From positions 1 to 64,000 of IMG/VR virus record IMGVR_UViG_3300033121_002118: a stretch of 64,000 bases of DNA; one strand, given 5' to 3'. Each line of letters opens with the position of its first letter. Position 1 is the first letter of the stretch. The notes below the pieces were generated by a model. It was given only the letters and a program-made list of their open reading frames with translations. It did not search any database and was not told where the DNA came from. The translations under genes and the position numbers were made by a program. This stretch comes from a virus (Duplodnaviria; Caudoviricetes). Shown here one piece after another: positions 9,522-19,266 of this stretch.

Positions 9522-10505
9522 TCAGGTCGTCGCTCCGGCGGCATGTGGCACCGTCTCGATCCCCACGAAGGCATAGAGGAGCCCGTCGACGTCCAGGTCG
9601 CCGATGCCCTCGGCCACCAGGCGCCTGATCAGGCCTAGCTTATCCGAGACCGGGCTGGATGTGTCGAGCGCATGGTCCACCCGGGCAGCCTGGTCCCCCG
9701 ATAGGGCCGCCGTGCTCAGGTGCACGAGCTTCCAGTTGCGTTCGAGCAGCTCACGGTGGGCAAGGACGTCGCGGTACGTCTTCGCCTCGTCCGCGTGCGC
9801 CTCGCTGTAGTTCAGCACGTCCGACAGCAGGATCTGGTGCTGGTCGGACCCGAGGAACGGAAAGCGCTTGACCAGGGTCTTGAAGCCCAGGCCCGGCACG
9901 CCCTCGATGTTATCGCCCCGGTCGCCGCACAGGGCCTTGGCCAGCCCGAAGTTCATGGCAGACACCCTGAAGCGCTCGAACAGGGAACCATGCGTCACGT
10001 ACACCTTGCTGTGCAGGTCGTAGACCGTGGTGGTCTCGTCGATCAGCTGGTACAGGTCCTTGTCGCTCGTGACCAGGACCTTGGGCTTCCCGACGAAGCG
10101 CCCGGTGGCCAGGTAGGCGACCACGTCGTCGCCCTCGCAGTCGGGCACGTACACCTGGCACACGGGCAGGCATCGCAGCATCTTGGTCAGGATCGAGACC
10201 TGCCAGACCTTGTTGTCGTCCGTGTCAGGAATGTCGTCCTCGTAGAAGCGGTTGGGTCGGTCGGGTCGACGTCCCTTCTTGTAGTCGCCGTGCAGTGCCC
10301 GGCGCTTGGTCGAACCACCGCCCTCCCAGCACACCACGACCTGGGAGGGCGCCGTTTCCGAGGCGATCCGCCCCAGCATCTTGAGGAAACCCACGCAGCC
10401 GCCGATGGGCTGCCCGGTCCTGGGCGACATCTGCGGGAACGACCAGTAGGCCCTGCAGTACAGGGACATTGCGTCGATGAGCAGGATAGGACGTTCGGAC
10501 GACAT
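9522..10505 (-). CDS. 5'-3' exonuclease / T4 RNase H-like flap endonuclease
   Basis: LLIDA, YKKGR, EGDDV, TSDKDLYQL, GDRGDNIEGVPGLGFKT (H3TH). Confidence 0.92.
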   Translation of the reverse strand: MSSERPILLIDAMSLYCRAYWSFPQMSPRTGQPIGGCVGFLKMLGRIASETAPSQVVVCWEGGGSTKRRALHGDYKKGRRPDRPNRFYEDDIPDTDDNKVWQVSILTKMLRCLPVCQVYVPDCEGDDVVAYLATGRFVGKPKVLVTSDKDLYQLIDETTTVYDLHSKVYVTHGSLFERFRVSAMNFGLAKALCGDRGDNIEGVPGLGFKTLVKRFPFLGSDQHQILLSDVLNYSEAHADEAKTYRDVLAHRELLERNWKLVHLSTAALSGDQAARVDHALDTSSPVSDKLGLIRRLVAEGIGDLDVDGLLYAFVGIETVPHAAGATT

Positions 10506-10580
10506 CACCCGAAGGCTATCGGGCGAAGGCCGCCGAGTACACCATCTGTGAGAACAGCCTTGGATCAAGGCGAACGCATG

Positions 10581-11813
10581 TCATTCGTCGGCAGAAGGCT
10601 CTGCCTCGGACGAGGACGCCTCGCCCCCATCACCGTCGCCAGACTCACTGTTGGCGCCGCTCGTCATCGCGTCCGCCAGGATCTCATCGACGAAGGGTCC
10701 GTAGGCAGGATCACGCGTCATCCCCTCAAAGTCGCCCTTCTGGAACTTCTTCTCGAGGAACACCTCGCCCGTCTTGTCGGAGCTCACGGACAGGGTCTTC
10801 CAGCCGCCGTCGCCCTCGATCACCAGGGCCTTGTCGTCGCGGATCACGGGACCCTTCTTGCAGTGCACCCGGCAGATGTCGAGGATCTGCTCGTGCTCCA
10901 CGATGCCCTTGCCGAAATGGATCTCGAACTCCACCTTGCGGTTGGGCCGCGCCACCTTGTTCTTGATGACGGTCGCGATCACCTTGATGCCGTACTGGTC
11001 CTTGTTCTTGTCCAGGAGCCGGGCGCCGCTGCTGAGCCGGACCCTGACGCTGGCATGGAACGGGATCGCGTTGCCGCCAGGGGTCGTGAGGGGATCCCCG
11101 TACATGACGCCGATCTTCATGCGCAGCTGGTTCAGGCACATGAAGGTGACGTTGTTGGAGCCCACGATGCCCGTGATCTTCCGCATGCACTTGGAGATCG
11201 TGCGGGCCTGCAGGCCCACCGTGTTCTGGTCGTAGTCGCCATCGAGCTCGGCCTTGGGCGAGGTGGCCGCCACGCTGTCCCAGACGAACAGGATGGGCAT
11301 GCCCCGGCGCTCCACCGCGGCACGGGTCTTGACGATGGTCTCCTCGGCCAGCTTGAAGACGTCCTCCGTGTGCGACGGGTCGGCGTACACGAAGCGCCGT
11401 CCGATGTCGAGCCCGAGGTCCTCCAGGTGGCTGGGCATGATCGCGTTCTCGGTCTCCGCGTACACGACCAGGCCGCCCATCGCCTGAACAGCGCAGGCAG
11501 CCGCGCATGCGAGGTGGGTCTTGCCCGTGCTGGGCATGCCTGCCAGCTCGATGATGCGTCCCTCGGGATAGCCGCCGTCCCGGCGGTTGGAGATCGCGAG
11601 GTCCAGGAGCGTCGACCCGGACGGGATCCAGCGCTTCACATGCGTGGGCGACTCGTCGGTCGACAGGTTGTAGGCAACGCGCGTGCCGAACTCCTTGTTG
11701 AGTGCCTTGATCAGCTCACCCGAGATGTCGTCAGGGTCCGCCGACCTTCCGCCCTGCTGTCCTGACACATCGCTCAGGACTGTCTTTTCCTTTTTCTTGC
11801 CGTTGAATGCCAT
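10581..11813 (-). CDS. recA: RecA/UvsX-like recombinase
   Basis: SGSTLLD, GRIIELAGMPSTGKT, WDSVAA, NQLRMKIGVMYGDP.TTPGGNAIPFHASVR, KNKVA. Confidence 0.95.
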   Translation of the reverse strand: MAFNGKKKEKTVLSDVSGQQGGRSADPDDISGELIKALNKEFGTRVAYNLSTDESPTHVKRWIPSGSTLLDLAISNRRDGGYPEGRIIELAGMPSTGKTHLACAAACAVQAMGGLVVYAETENAIMPSHLEDLGLDIGRRFVYADPSHTEDVFKLAEETIVKTRAAVERRGMPILFVWDSVAATSPKAELDGDYDQNTVGLQARTISKCMRKITGIVGSNNVTFMCLNQLRMKIGVMYGDPLTTPGGNAIPFHASVRVRLSSGARLLDKNKDQYGIKVIATVIKNKVARPNRKVEFEIHFGKGIVEHEQILDICRVHCKKGPVIRDDKALVIEGDGGWKTLSVSSDKTGEVFLEKKFQKGDFEGMTRDPAYGPFVDEILADAMTSGANSESGDGDGGEASSSEAEPSADE

Positions 11814-11855
11814 CCCCTAGACCCTACCCTCTCCTGGTGTCGTTGTTCAGAGACG

Positions 11856-11891
11856 ACGACGGCCGGCAGGGTTCGCCCTGCCGGCCGTCGT
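11856..11891. terminator. 16-bp perfect stem-loop between SSB and recA (terminator or processing hairpin)
   Basis: ACGACGGCCGGCAGGG-TTCG-CCCTGCCGGCCGTCGT; no strong U-tract. Confidence 0.6.
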
Positions 11892-11921
11892 GCCCCCTCT
11901 TTCTCTCGTCTCTTCGTCGGC

Positions 11922-12827
11922 TCAGCCCGCGGACGCTTCGTCCTCGAGCTCCTTCAGGGCGTCGTCGAGGGACCCGCGCGCGGCAGAGTCGTCGGCCGAC
12001 TTGGCCTCGTCCTTGCCCTTGCCCGCCTTCTTGTCCTTGGCCTTCTTGGCGTCGTTCGCGATCTCGTCGAGCGGGTCGGGCTTGTCGGCCCGCGAGCCGC
12101 CGCCCTTGTCGTCAGAGGGCGCCGCGGGGGGCGGGCCGGCCGCGATCCACTTGTCGAGCTTCGCCTTGATCGCCTCGTACGACTCGAGCGTGTAGTAGTC
12201 CTTGGTCGACGGCCTGCTCTCGAGCCACTTCTTGAGCTGCTCGGCGTCTTCCGTGAGCTTCGAGGGCTTGCGCGCGATGTCGATGTCGTACTCGAGCACG
12301 GTCTTGCCGTTGAACTTCTTGCCGCCGTCCGTCACGGTGAGCTTCAGGTCGAAGCCCTTCTTCGGGTCGGTCCAGTCGTCCGTCTCCTCCAGGATCTCGG
12401 CGTCGACGAAGTAACCCAGGAGCTTCTGGTGCAGCTTCTGGCCCGCGAAGCCGCCAGGAAGGCGCCACACCTGGACGCCCTTGCCCAGGGCGTTCTTGTC
12501 GATGAAGGCGACGTAGGTGGAGCCGCTGGCACGGAGCTTCTTGGCGATCGCCTTGTCGTCCTCGCTGCCCTTCCAGAGCTCGTCCAGGAGCTCCCTGATG
12601 GGGTCGGGCTTGTCGAACTGGTAGGGGGCCGCGATCTGGACCCAGTCCCGACCCTCGCCCAGGTTGTAGAAGAACAGGGTCGGGAACATGTCGCCCTCGG
12701 GCAGAGGATCGGCCGGGTTCCACGGGAGGACCCTGATCTTGTACTCCCCCACATCGAACTTGGCGAACTTGGGGGTGCCCGACAGGGCCTGCATGCGCCT
12801 TCGGATCGCGTCGAGATCGTGTGCCAT
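11922..12827 (-). CDS. gp32-like single-stranded DNA-binding protein
   Basis: KIRVLP, DPIRE, GVQVW, TDPKKGFDLKL, acidic C-terminal tail; adjacent to recA. Confidence 0.8.
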   Translation of the reverse strand: MAHDLDAIRRRMQALSGTPKFAKFDVGEYKIRVLPWNPADPLPEGDMFPTLFFYNLGEGRDWVQIAAPYQFDKPDPIRELLDELWKGSEDDKAIAKKLRASGSTYVAFIDKNALGKGVQVWRLPGGFAGQKLHQKLLGYFVDAEILEETDDWTDPKKGFDLKLTVTDGGKKFNGKTVLEYDIDIARKPSKLTEDAEQLKKWLESRPSTKDYYTLESYEAIKAKLDKWIAAGPPPAAPSDDKGGGSRADKPDPLDEIANDAKKAKDKKAGKGKDEAKSADDSAARGSLDDALKELEDEASAG

Positions 12828-12893
12828 CGTGCTCGTCTCCTCGTGCTCTTGTCTGTGGACGTCTGGTCTCGGTCTGTGGCCTAGAAAGCGAAG

Positions 12894-13100
12894 CTACGTG
12901 CCTGACTTTTTGTCACGGCGTCCGGGTTTCGAGGACCGGAGGGAAAACCCCTTGGGTTCTGCCCAACCTGGACCCATCGTCCCGACCACCGCGCCTGCGC
13001 CGGTCGACTCCTCGACCCCGTCGATGCCACTTTCCTCGTCCGTCCCCTCAAGGTCCTTCAGGACCTCTTGGATGTACAGACGCAGGACACCTTCGCGCAT
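12894..13100 (-). CDS. Small leader-variant protein (VLRLYIQEVL...EESTGAGAVVG)
   Basis: TANNTA 13106-13111, 5 nt before ATG. Confidence 0.7.
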   Translation of the reverse strand: MREGVLRLYIQEVLKDLEGTDEESGIDGVEESTGAGAVVGTMGPGWAEPKGFSLRSSKPGRRDKKSGT

Positions 13101-13125
13101 GTCAATAGGTATGCGGCAGGCGACC

Positions 13126-13764
13126 CTACGCCTGCCTCGATTCTGCGGTCGGGTGCTCTTTTTCCCAGCGCGTCGCGAGGACGTCGGACTGGTGCACCAC
13201 CATCGCGAGCTCGGGCTCCCGCATCGCGTAGGGCTTGTTCTCCGCGATGTACGCGCCGTCATTGAGATAGATCGCCAGCGCCTCGTCCTGCGTCAGGACC
13301 ACACCGAACCGTTGGAGGAGCCACAGCCCCCGCAGGGGCACCGTCATGTACGTGAGCCGCGGGTTGTAGTCGTAGTGCTGGCCCCACTTCTCGCGCTTCC
13401 ACTCGTTCTCACGCGAGAGCGGGACGTAGTAGTCCTGCTCGTCGTCGCCCGCCTTGCCCAGGTCGTGGAACAGACAAGAGACGATGAGGGAGTCACGGCG
13501 CACCCTGCCTGTGAGCGTGCGCTTGAGCCCCTTGGTCCACTCCAGCGCGTAATCCAGGACGCGGAGCGAGTGCTCCACCAGGCCGCCCGGGAAGCAGTTG
13601 TGGTATTCCAGCTTGGCCGAGGCCGGACACACGGCCAGGCGTTCGCCCATGTGGTCGAGCATGGCCAGGACGGGTCCCGACCTTTCCTTGAGGTTGGCGG
13701 GACCGCACAGCTCTCGGTATCGATCGAAGTTGGCTGTGACAATTTCTGCGCTGAGCATCACCAC
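13126..13764 (-). CDS. HD-domain phosphohydrolase
   Basis: CPAS...YHNCFPGGLVEHSL, LFHDLGK, VHQSD. Confidence 0.88.
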   Translation of the reverse strand: MVMLSAEIVTANFDRYRELCGPANLKERSGPVLAMLDHMGERLAVCPASAKLEYHNCFPGGLVEHSLRVLDYALEWTKGLKRTLTGRVRRDSLIVSCLFHDLGKAGDDEQDYYVPLSRENEWKREKWGQHYDYNPRLTYMTVPLRGLWLLQRFGVVLTQDEALAIYLNDGAYIAENKPYAMREPELAMVVHQSDVLATRWEKEHPTAESRQA

Positions 13765-13790
13765 ATAGTGGTGTGCTGAATGGACGTTGA

Positions 13791-14084
13791 TCAGCGTCCG
13801 GGACTGCGCCTGTGCTCTCTGCTCACCATGAACGCTGAAAACTCAGCGCTGATGTCTTCGATCTGGCCTTGTAGCTCAAGGGCCTTGTCGATGTCGCCCT
13901 CTTCCATCGACTCATCCTCCGCAAGGAGATTGATGTCTGCGCCTGCCTCGTCCAGGTGGTCGACGATCCGCGCCAGGACGGTATCTGCACCTGCGCTAGC
14001 GTCCTCGGCCTCTTTAAGGCGACGCACCTCCGCTCTCACCAGCCGTCCCAACCCCTCGCGCGTCAATCGCCTCACGTTCGCCAT
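13791..14084 (-). CDS. Small acidic leader-family protein
   Basis: MANVRRLTREGLGRLVRAEVRRLKEAE...; TANNTA 14090-14095. Confidence 0.8.
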   Translation of the reverse strand: MANVRRLTREGLGRLVRAEVRRLKEAEDASAGADTVLARIVDHLDEAGADINLLAEDESMEEGDIDKALELQGQIEDISAEFSAFMVSREHRRSPGR

Positions 14085-14095
14085 GACGTTACATA

Positions 14096-14632
14096 TCAGC
14101 GCAGGCCCATCGAGGCGAAACGGTCGCACGATCCGGCCACGTTGCCCAGTTGCGCCGCGACCTGCCTGCCCTCGAGGCTCCCCATGCGTTCGGCCTGCGC
14201 CTGACACCGCCTCACTGCGGTCGCGAGCTTGCTCCATGGGCTGGACGAGCCCCCGCCGCCCGGACCTCGGCCGGCCTCGAGGAGGCGCCTGATCTCCTGG
14301 ACCACGATGCCCCGCAGAGGCGTCATTCTCTCGCTCATGTAGCTGCTGGCAAGCTCGAAAGGCTCAGGCATCTTCTGCCAACCATCATCGTCGTCCCAGA
14401 AGTGAGTGACGACGCCTGTGTTCGCAGCACCTGCCATGTACTTCTTACCGTACGGTGTGCGGCCCTCGCCGTACTGGATGTCATCCGGGCTCGAGACCCC
14501 GAGCTCAACAGCAAGGTCCTCAAGCAGCTCGTCCACATCCTCGGGTTCTCGGCCGCCCGTCTCCATGTCGGCCCTAACGTCCTCCTCGGAGACCTCATTC
14601 GCCTTCTTCTGCCTCGTGCGCTTGTTTGCCAT
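14096..14632 (-). CDS. Hypothetical protein with internal leader-like segment (LRGIVVQEIRRLLEAG)
   Basis: 178-aa ORF directly after polA. Confidence 0.7.
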   Translation of the reverse strand: MANKRTRQKKANEVSEEDVRADMETGGREPEDVDELLEDLAVELGVSSPDDIQYGEGRTPYGKKYMAGAANTGVVTHFWDDDDGWQKMPEPFELASSYMSERMTPLRGIVVQEIRRLLEAGRGPGGGGSSSPWSKLATAVRRCQAQAERMGSLEGRQVAAQLGNVAGSCDRFASMGLR

Positions 14633-14637
14633 GACGT

Positions 14638-15885
14638 CTACGTCTCCTCGTCCGAGACCACCTCGTACCTGAGGGGAAAGGTCCGGTCATGGCCCGGCAC
14701 GGTCACGCTCTTGGGCCTGCACAGGACAGGCACGTCGGCCCGGTGCACGTCCAGGAGCAGGGCGTCATGCAGCACGAACAGGGGCGCGGTCCTGGGTGCC
14801 TCGTGCGCGAGGTCCTGGACCAGGCGCTCGAAGCCCTGCAGCGACACCTCGACGCCCGTCGACTGGGCCCAGTGGCTGAGCAGCAGCGAGTCGCTCGGGT
14901 TCTCGTGACCGTCCATGAGCAGGGGCCGGCCGTGCTTGTTGCGCAGCACGCCTGCCTCCGCACGTTCCCGGTGGAGGCGTGAACCCAGCTCATCGAACCT
15001 GAAGAGCTCGCCCACGCGGGCCAGCAAGGCGTCGACCTCCGGGCCCTCCCGGCCCAGCTGCCGCACCACCAGGGCCCTGCCCGCCCCGTACAGGCGCGAG
15101 AGCACCGCGGTCTTCACGGCGGAGCGCTCGAAGGCGCCGCCCAGGGCCTCCCTGCCCGCCCAACCGTACACGTCCGGATCGTCGCAGTCACGCCCCGCCT
15201 CATGCAGCACGATCCTGGCCTCCAGGCCCGCGAAGTCGAGCGCGCACACGAGTCCGTCGCGGCCGTGCCTGCTCCGGAGCAGACGGCGACAGTCCTTGCG
15301 CAGGGTCAGGATGCCTGGGCCCCGGGCGACCGTGAGCCGGCCCGTCGCGGTCGCGAGCCTATCGTACGTCACCGGGGGTGCGAGGTCCTCGCCCGATGCC
15401 GGCATGAACGACCGCAGCACGGCCAGATTGGACTCGGAGCGCTCGACCACGATCATCGCCTCGAGCGCGCGCCGGTCGACCCGCGCCCTCTCCAGGAGCC
15501 CAAGCACCCGAGTCCCCGCCATCCACGGACCGTCCAGATAATCCAGCGTAACCCTGTCAAGGTTGCCATGGACGCAGTTAACGAGCCTTTTCACGAAGGC
15601 GGCGTGCTCGCGGCGGGGCATGACCAGGGCCCAGGGCACGCCGGCGTGGGTTCCCCGTGTCACGGTCTCGATCGAACGGATCCAGCGGCGCCCGGGCGAC
15701 AGATCGGGCGCCGCGCCCCGCAGCCGCAGGGCAGTGTCGAGGCACCGCGTCCGTGGCTTCACGGTCCCAGTCAGGTGCCAGGCATCACCCGGCACCTCAT
15801 GACACCACCAGCACGTGCCTGGATCGTCCTGCCAGGCGAGATGGCGCTCGGTGCCCAGCACGCATTTGTCGACGCAGACCAGCAC
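14638..15885 (-). CDS. Short family-A DNA polymerase (polymerase domain only)
   Basis: TATGRL, motif A DFAGLEAR, motif B RSAVKTAVLSRLYG, motif C LHDA. Confidence 0.82.
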   Translation of the reverse strand: MLVCVDKCVLGTERHLAWQDDPGTCWWCHEVPGDAWHLTGTVKPRTRCLDTALRLRGAAPDLSPGRRWIRSIETVTRGTHAGVPWALVMPRREHAAFVKRLVNCVHGNLDRVTLDYLDGPWMAGTRVLGLLERARVDRRALEAMIVVERSESNLAVLRSFMPASGEDLAPPVTYDRLATATGRLTVARGPGILTLRKDCRRLLRSRHGRDGLVCALDFAGLEARIVLHEAGRDCDDPDVYGWAGREALGGAFERSAVKTAVLSRLYGAGRALVVRQLGREGPEVDALLARVGELFRFDELGSRLHRERAEAGVLRNKHGRPLLMDGHENPSDSLLLSHWAQSTGVEVSLQGFERLVQDLAHEAPRTAPLFVLHDALLLDVHRADVPVLCRPKSVTVPGHDRTFPLRYEVVSDEET

Positions 15886-15959
15886 AGCAACACCATAGCC
15901 TGCGCTGGTCCCTTAGTGCCCAGGGCCGTCGACTGTGGTGCTTCAGGCTGGCGATGATC

Positions 15960-16295
15960 TTAGCCGAACAGCCGCCTGTACGCCTGCTCGACCAGCTTGT
16001 CGACCTGCGCGGCGAGCCAGGCCGCCTCGGCCTCGACGTTGCGGGTCCAGCTCTGGAGTTCGCGCTCCGTCGGGTATTCCACGAAGCTCTCGAGCTCGCG
16101 CACGGTGCTGGCGGTGAAGGCCTGCGTGACCGCCTGAGCGATCGCAGGGTCAGGCGTGGGATCCCAGGCATCGTCTGGCAGCCCCAACCCTGTGTAACCC
16201 GGGGCCGAGACCATGGCCTCGCGGAGGGAACTCGACCTGGCCCGCGCGGCCTCTTCCCTGATGATCCTTCGCAGCTGTCGTCGTGTGATCTGCAT
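15960..16295 (-). CDS. Small leader-family protein
   Basis: MQITRRQLRRIIREEAARARSSSLREAM...; AGGA RBS; TANNTA at 16401-16406. Confidence 0.8.
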   Translation of the reverse strand: MQITRRQLRRIIREEAARARSSSLREAMVSAPGYTGLGLPDDAWDPTPDPAIAQAVTQAFTASTVRELESFVEYPTERELQSWTRNVEAEAAWLAAQVDKLVEQAYRRLFG

Positions 16296-16410
16296 CGTCC
16301 TGTCCTTGTTCAAGCCCGTGTTCTGTTCAGAGCGGCCGCCCCGGGTCAGGATCCGCCATGACGACCAGCGCCGCGATGATGTCATCCACCGAATGACATC
16401 TACATATCGA

Positions 16411-19266
16411 TCATGCCGACGGCTTGGGCTGCCTGAAGTAGTCGAGCACGTTGGGTGCGCCCTGCCACCTGCCATACGCGTCGTAAAAAGTGAGCTGCCA
16501 CGAGGACTCGAACTTGCCCTGGGCCACCGTGTGCGTCAGCCCGGTCAGGATGTAGAGGTTGTCGGCCGTCGTGCCCGTGCTGAAGTCGACGAAGAAGATC
16601 TGGCCCAGCTGCACGAGCGGGCACCCATGCGTGGGCATCGTGAGCGAGGCCGGGATGATGCGCAGGGGCAGGCCTGCCGTGCCTGCCCCGTTGGGGGCGG
16701 TCGCGTTCTGCTTGCCTGCCCTCTGCATGTGGACCGTGCTGAGGAGCGGGTCCTGCTTCGAGGCCAATTCGGCGCTGATGACTGCGGAGGCGTTGGAGCC
16801 GTACGTGATCGTGGGCACCAGACGCGAGACCGCGGCCTTGATCTGCGCGTTGGACCCGACCCGCGTCACGCGCACCGCGCCCGTGCGGGGATCTGACGAG
16901 ACGTCGGCACCGGGGCCCAGGGCCGACATGTGCTCGCGCAGAGCCTGCAGGGACGATGCAGAGCCGGGCTCGCTCAGCTTCCTGCCTGCCTCGCCCGAGG
17001 CCACCTCGATGAAGGTGCCGTCGTCCTCGCCCCGCAGCAGCAGCGCGGGTGCCCTGTGCGGGTTCAGCTGCTTGTCGTACACGTGCATGCGCATGATGCG
17101 CCTGCTCGCACCCGCACGTGGATCGGCCAGGGTACCGTCGTCCCGTGCGGAGACAGCGAGTCCCATGGCCGCGAACGCGTCGGGCTCGCCCTCGCGTGAG
17201 GCCGCCTCGGCCACGGTCTCCACGTACAGCTCGAGGGCAGGCTTCCTGAACGGGCCCATGCGGGCCGACTGCGCGGCCAGGGCGCTCTCGTAGTCGCCCT
17301 GCATCTTCTTGGAGACGACCGGGTCCCTGTTCTTCGGGTCGTAGGGTTCGAAGAAGCGCCGCAGCCCATACGCCACAGCTCGTGGGTCGTCCACCTGGGA
17401 GTTGACGACCAGGCCCAGGAACTCCTCGACCGTGACGCTCTCGCTGCCCCGGGCCGTGACGTGCTCGCGGTACTGGTCCAGGAACACGGGCAGGTCGATC
17501 GGAAACTCGCCCACGTTCGTGCCCGCCGCCGTGCCTGCCTGGTCGTTCAGGGCGTAGAAAAACACCTGGACCTCGTCCACCACCTGCAGCGACAGCATGG
17601 GTTGCACCGCGAAGGCCGCGAAGAGCTTCGCGAACGACACCAGCTTCTTCTGCACGCCCGCGATGCCCGATGACCTGGGCTCCGTGTTGTAGGCGTCGAC
17701 CATGGGCGCAAGCGGGTGCCCAGGCGACTTGGCCGCGGTGGGCAGGAACGGATCTGCGCCCGAGGTGACCTCATCGAACTTGCGCCTGATCGCGGCCGCG
17801 GTCGTGTTCTCGAGCCGGGTCTTGAAGTCGAACTTGCCCGCGCGGTCGGCCGAGTACAGCCTGTCCAGCGCGGCCTTGAGGTCGTCGGCAGCGCCCTGGT
17901 CCAGCCGGGCGTCCTTGCCCGTGAGGCTCTTCCGGAGGCGGGCCACCGCGTCCCGCACCTCTGAGGCCTTCAGGTCCGGAAACTCGCCGCGTTCGGCCGC
18001 GTCCAGGACCTGGAAGGGCCTGATCTCCTTGTTGACGCCCTCGGACGCGTCGAGGCGCAGCAGCTTCCTGTATCGGGCGACGTCGGCGGCCAGCTGCTCG
18101 ATCTCCCGCAGCACGACCGCGGGCCCGTCCGGGCTCTCCGAGGTCTTCACGGTCTTGAGCTCGCTCATGCCCCGCGTGAACAGCTCCAGGCTGAGCGACA
18201 CCTGCCCGGTCTGCTCGAACTTGAAGGAGGAGTTGACGACCCCGTACGCCTCCCGGGCCAGCATGGTCGTGTTGATGAAGACCGCGTACGGGTTGTCGGG
18301 CTCGACAGGGTGGCGCCATCCGTACGTGATCCACACGGTCGTGCGCGAGAACGCGTCGGCCCGCACCAGGTCGCTCAGCTCGGCCAGACGGGACCGGTCG
18401 TGCAGCCGTAGCGTCAATCGTGCGCTCTTGTACGTGAAGACGCCCACGGTGGGACGCACGGTGACCTCGAAGCCCTCGATCGAAGCCAGCGGCCGGGTCG
18501 GGTCCAGCACGGGCGCGTAACGCATGCCGTCGGTGCCCTCAGCGACGGGAGCCATGTTGAGCAGGGTCTGCGGGCTCGTGAAGAGCTCCATGCCCGCGAA
18601 GTCGAACTCGCCCGTGCCGTCGGGCTTCGTCAGGCGCCGCGCCTCCACCATCGCCTTGTCGGGGCCCGGCAGCTCGTCCACCTTGGCGGCGCCCAGCAGG
18701 AACCTGTGGAGCCCAGGGGCCTGGAGCTGCGGCCCAGCGGGCCGATCGAACTGGAACTCGACATCGAGGTACGGGACGCAGCGCGACAGCTCCAGGGTCG
18801 GAATCGAGTTGAGAAAGAGCTCTACCTTGCCCGCGTCCCGGACCGACGGATGGATCCTGGGGGAGTCGCTGAGCACGAAGGTGACGTCGCGCCCGGGCGG
18901 GATCGGGACGCCCGCGCCCACGACCTGGGCCATGCTGGCCTCCACGTCCTTGCCGCCCATGCGGGCAAGGCGCTGTTCCCTGGGTGAGCCGTCAACCGCG
19001 CCCACTGTGCTGTAGAAGCGCACGAGCGAGTGAAGCTGTGCCGCCGCCTCAGGCGCCGCGTTCTTCACGAGCTCCGACAGCTTCTCCCGCAGGGCCGCGC
19101 CCGACAGGACGCCCCGGGCGTCGGTCGCCAGCATCAGCTCCAGGAGCCGGGCCGCGAGGCCGCGGTCCACCTCACGATCGCGGCCGAAGCGCACGGTGCC
19201 TGCCAGGTCAGAGGGACCCAGCATGCGAAAGATTGACTGCAATGAGCTGAAGTCTTCAGCCATCAT
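16411..19266 (-). CDS. Large virion structural protein, probably baseplate hub
   Basis: ~950 aa; C-terminal GCPLVQLGQIFFVDFSTGTTADNLYILTGLTHTV..GKFES typical of hub proteins; tail-module position. Confidence 0.6.
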   Translation of the reverse strand: MMAEDFSSLQSIFRMLGPSDLAGTVRFGRDREVDRGLAARLLELMLATDARGVLSGAALREKLSELVKNAAPEAAAQLHSLVRFYSTVGAVDGSPREQRLARMGGKDVEASMAQVVGAGVPIPPGRDVTFVLSDSPRIHPSVRDAGKVELFLNSIPTLELSRCVPYLDVEFQFDRPAGPQLQAPGLHRFLLGAAKVDELPGPDKAMVEARRLTKPDGTGEFDFAGMELFTSPQTLLNMAPVAEGTDGMRYAPVLDPTRPLASIEGFEVTVRPTVGVFTYKSARLTLRLHDRSRLAELSDLVRADAFSRTTVWITYGWRHPVEPDNPYAVFINTTMLAREAYGVVNSSFKFEQTGQVSLSLELFTRGMSELKTVKTSESPDGPAVVLREIEQLAADVARYRKLLRLDASEGVNKEIRPFQVLDAAERGEFPDLKASEVRDAVARLRKSLTGKDARLDQGAADDLKAALDRLYSADRAGKFDFKTRLENTTAAAIRRKFDEVTSGADPFLPTAAKSPGHPLAPMVDAYNTEPRSSGIAGVQKKLVSFAKLFAAFAVQPMLSLQVVDEVQVFFYALNDQAGTAAGTNVGEFPIDLPVFLDQYREHVTARGSESVTVEEFLGLVVNSQVDDPRAVAYGLRRFFEPYDPKNRDPVVSKKMQGDYESALAAQSARMGPFRKPALELYVETVAEAASREGEPDAFAAMGLAVSARDDGTLADPRAGASRRIMRMHVYDKQLNPHRAPALLLRGEDDGTFIEVASGEAGRKLSEPGSASSLQALREHMSALGPGADVSSDPRTGAVRVTRVGSNAQIKAAVSRLVPTITYGSNASAVISAELASKQDPLLSTVHMQRAGKQNATAPNGAGTAGLPLRIIPASLTMPTHGCPLVQLGQIFFVDFSTGTTADNLYILTGLTHTVAQGKFESSWQLTFYDAYGRWQGAPNVLDYFRQPKPSA

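Noticed and set aside
5255-11813. Inteins or group I introns in RNR, helicase or RecA
   Set aside because: Lengths are normal, motifs are contiguous, and there is no C...HN intein signature or ORF interruption
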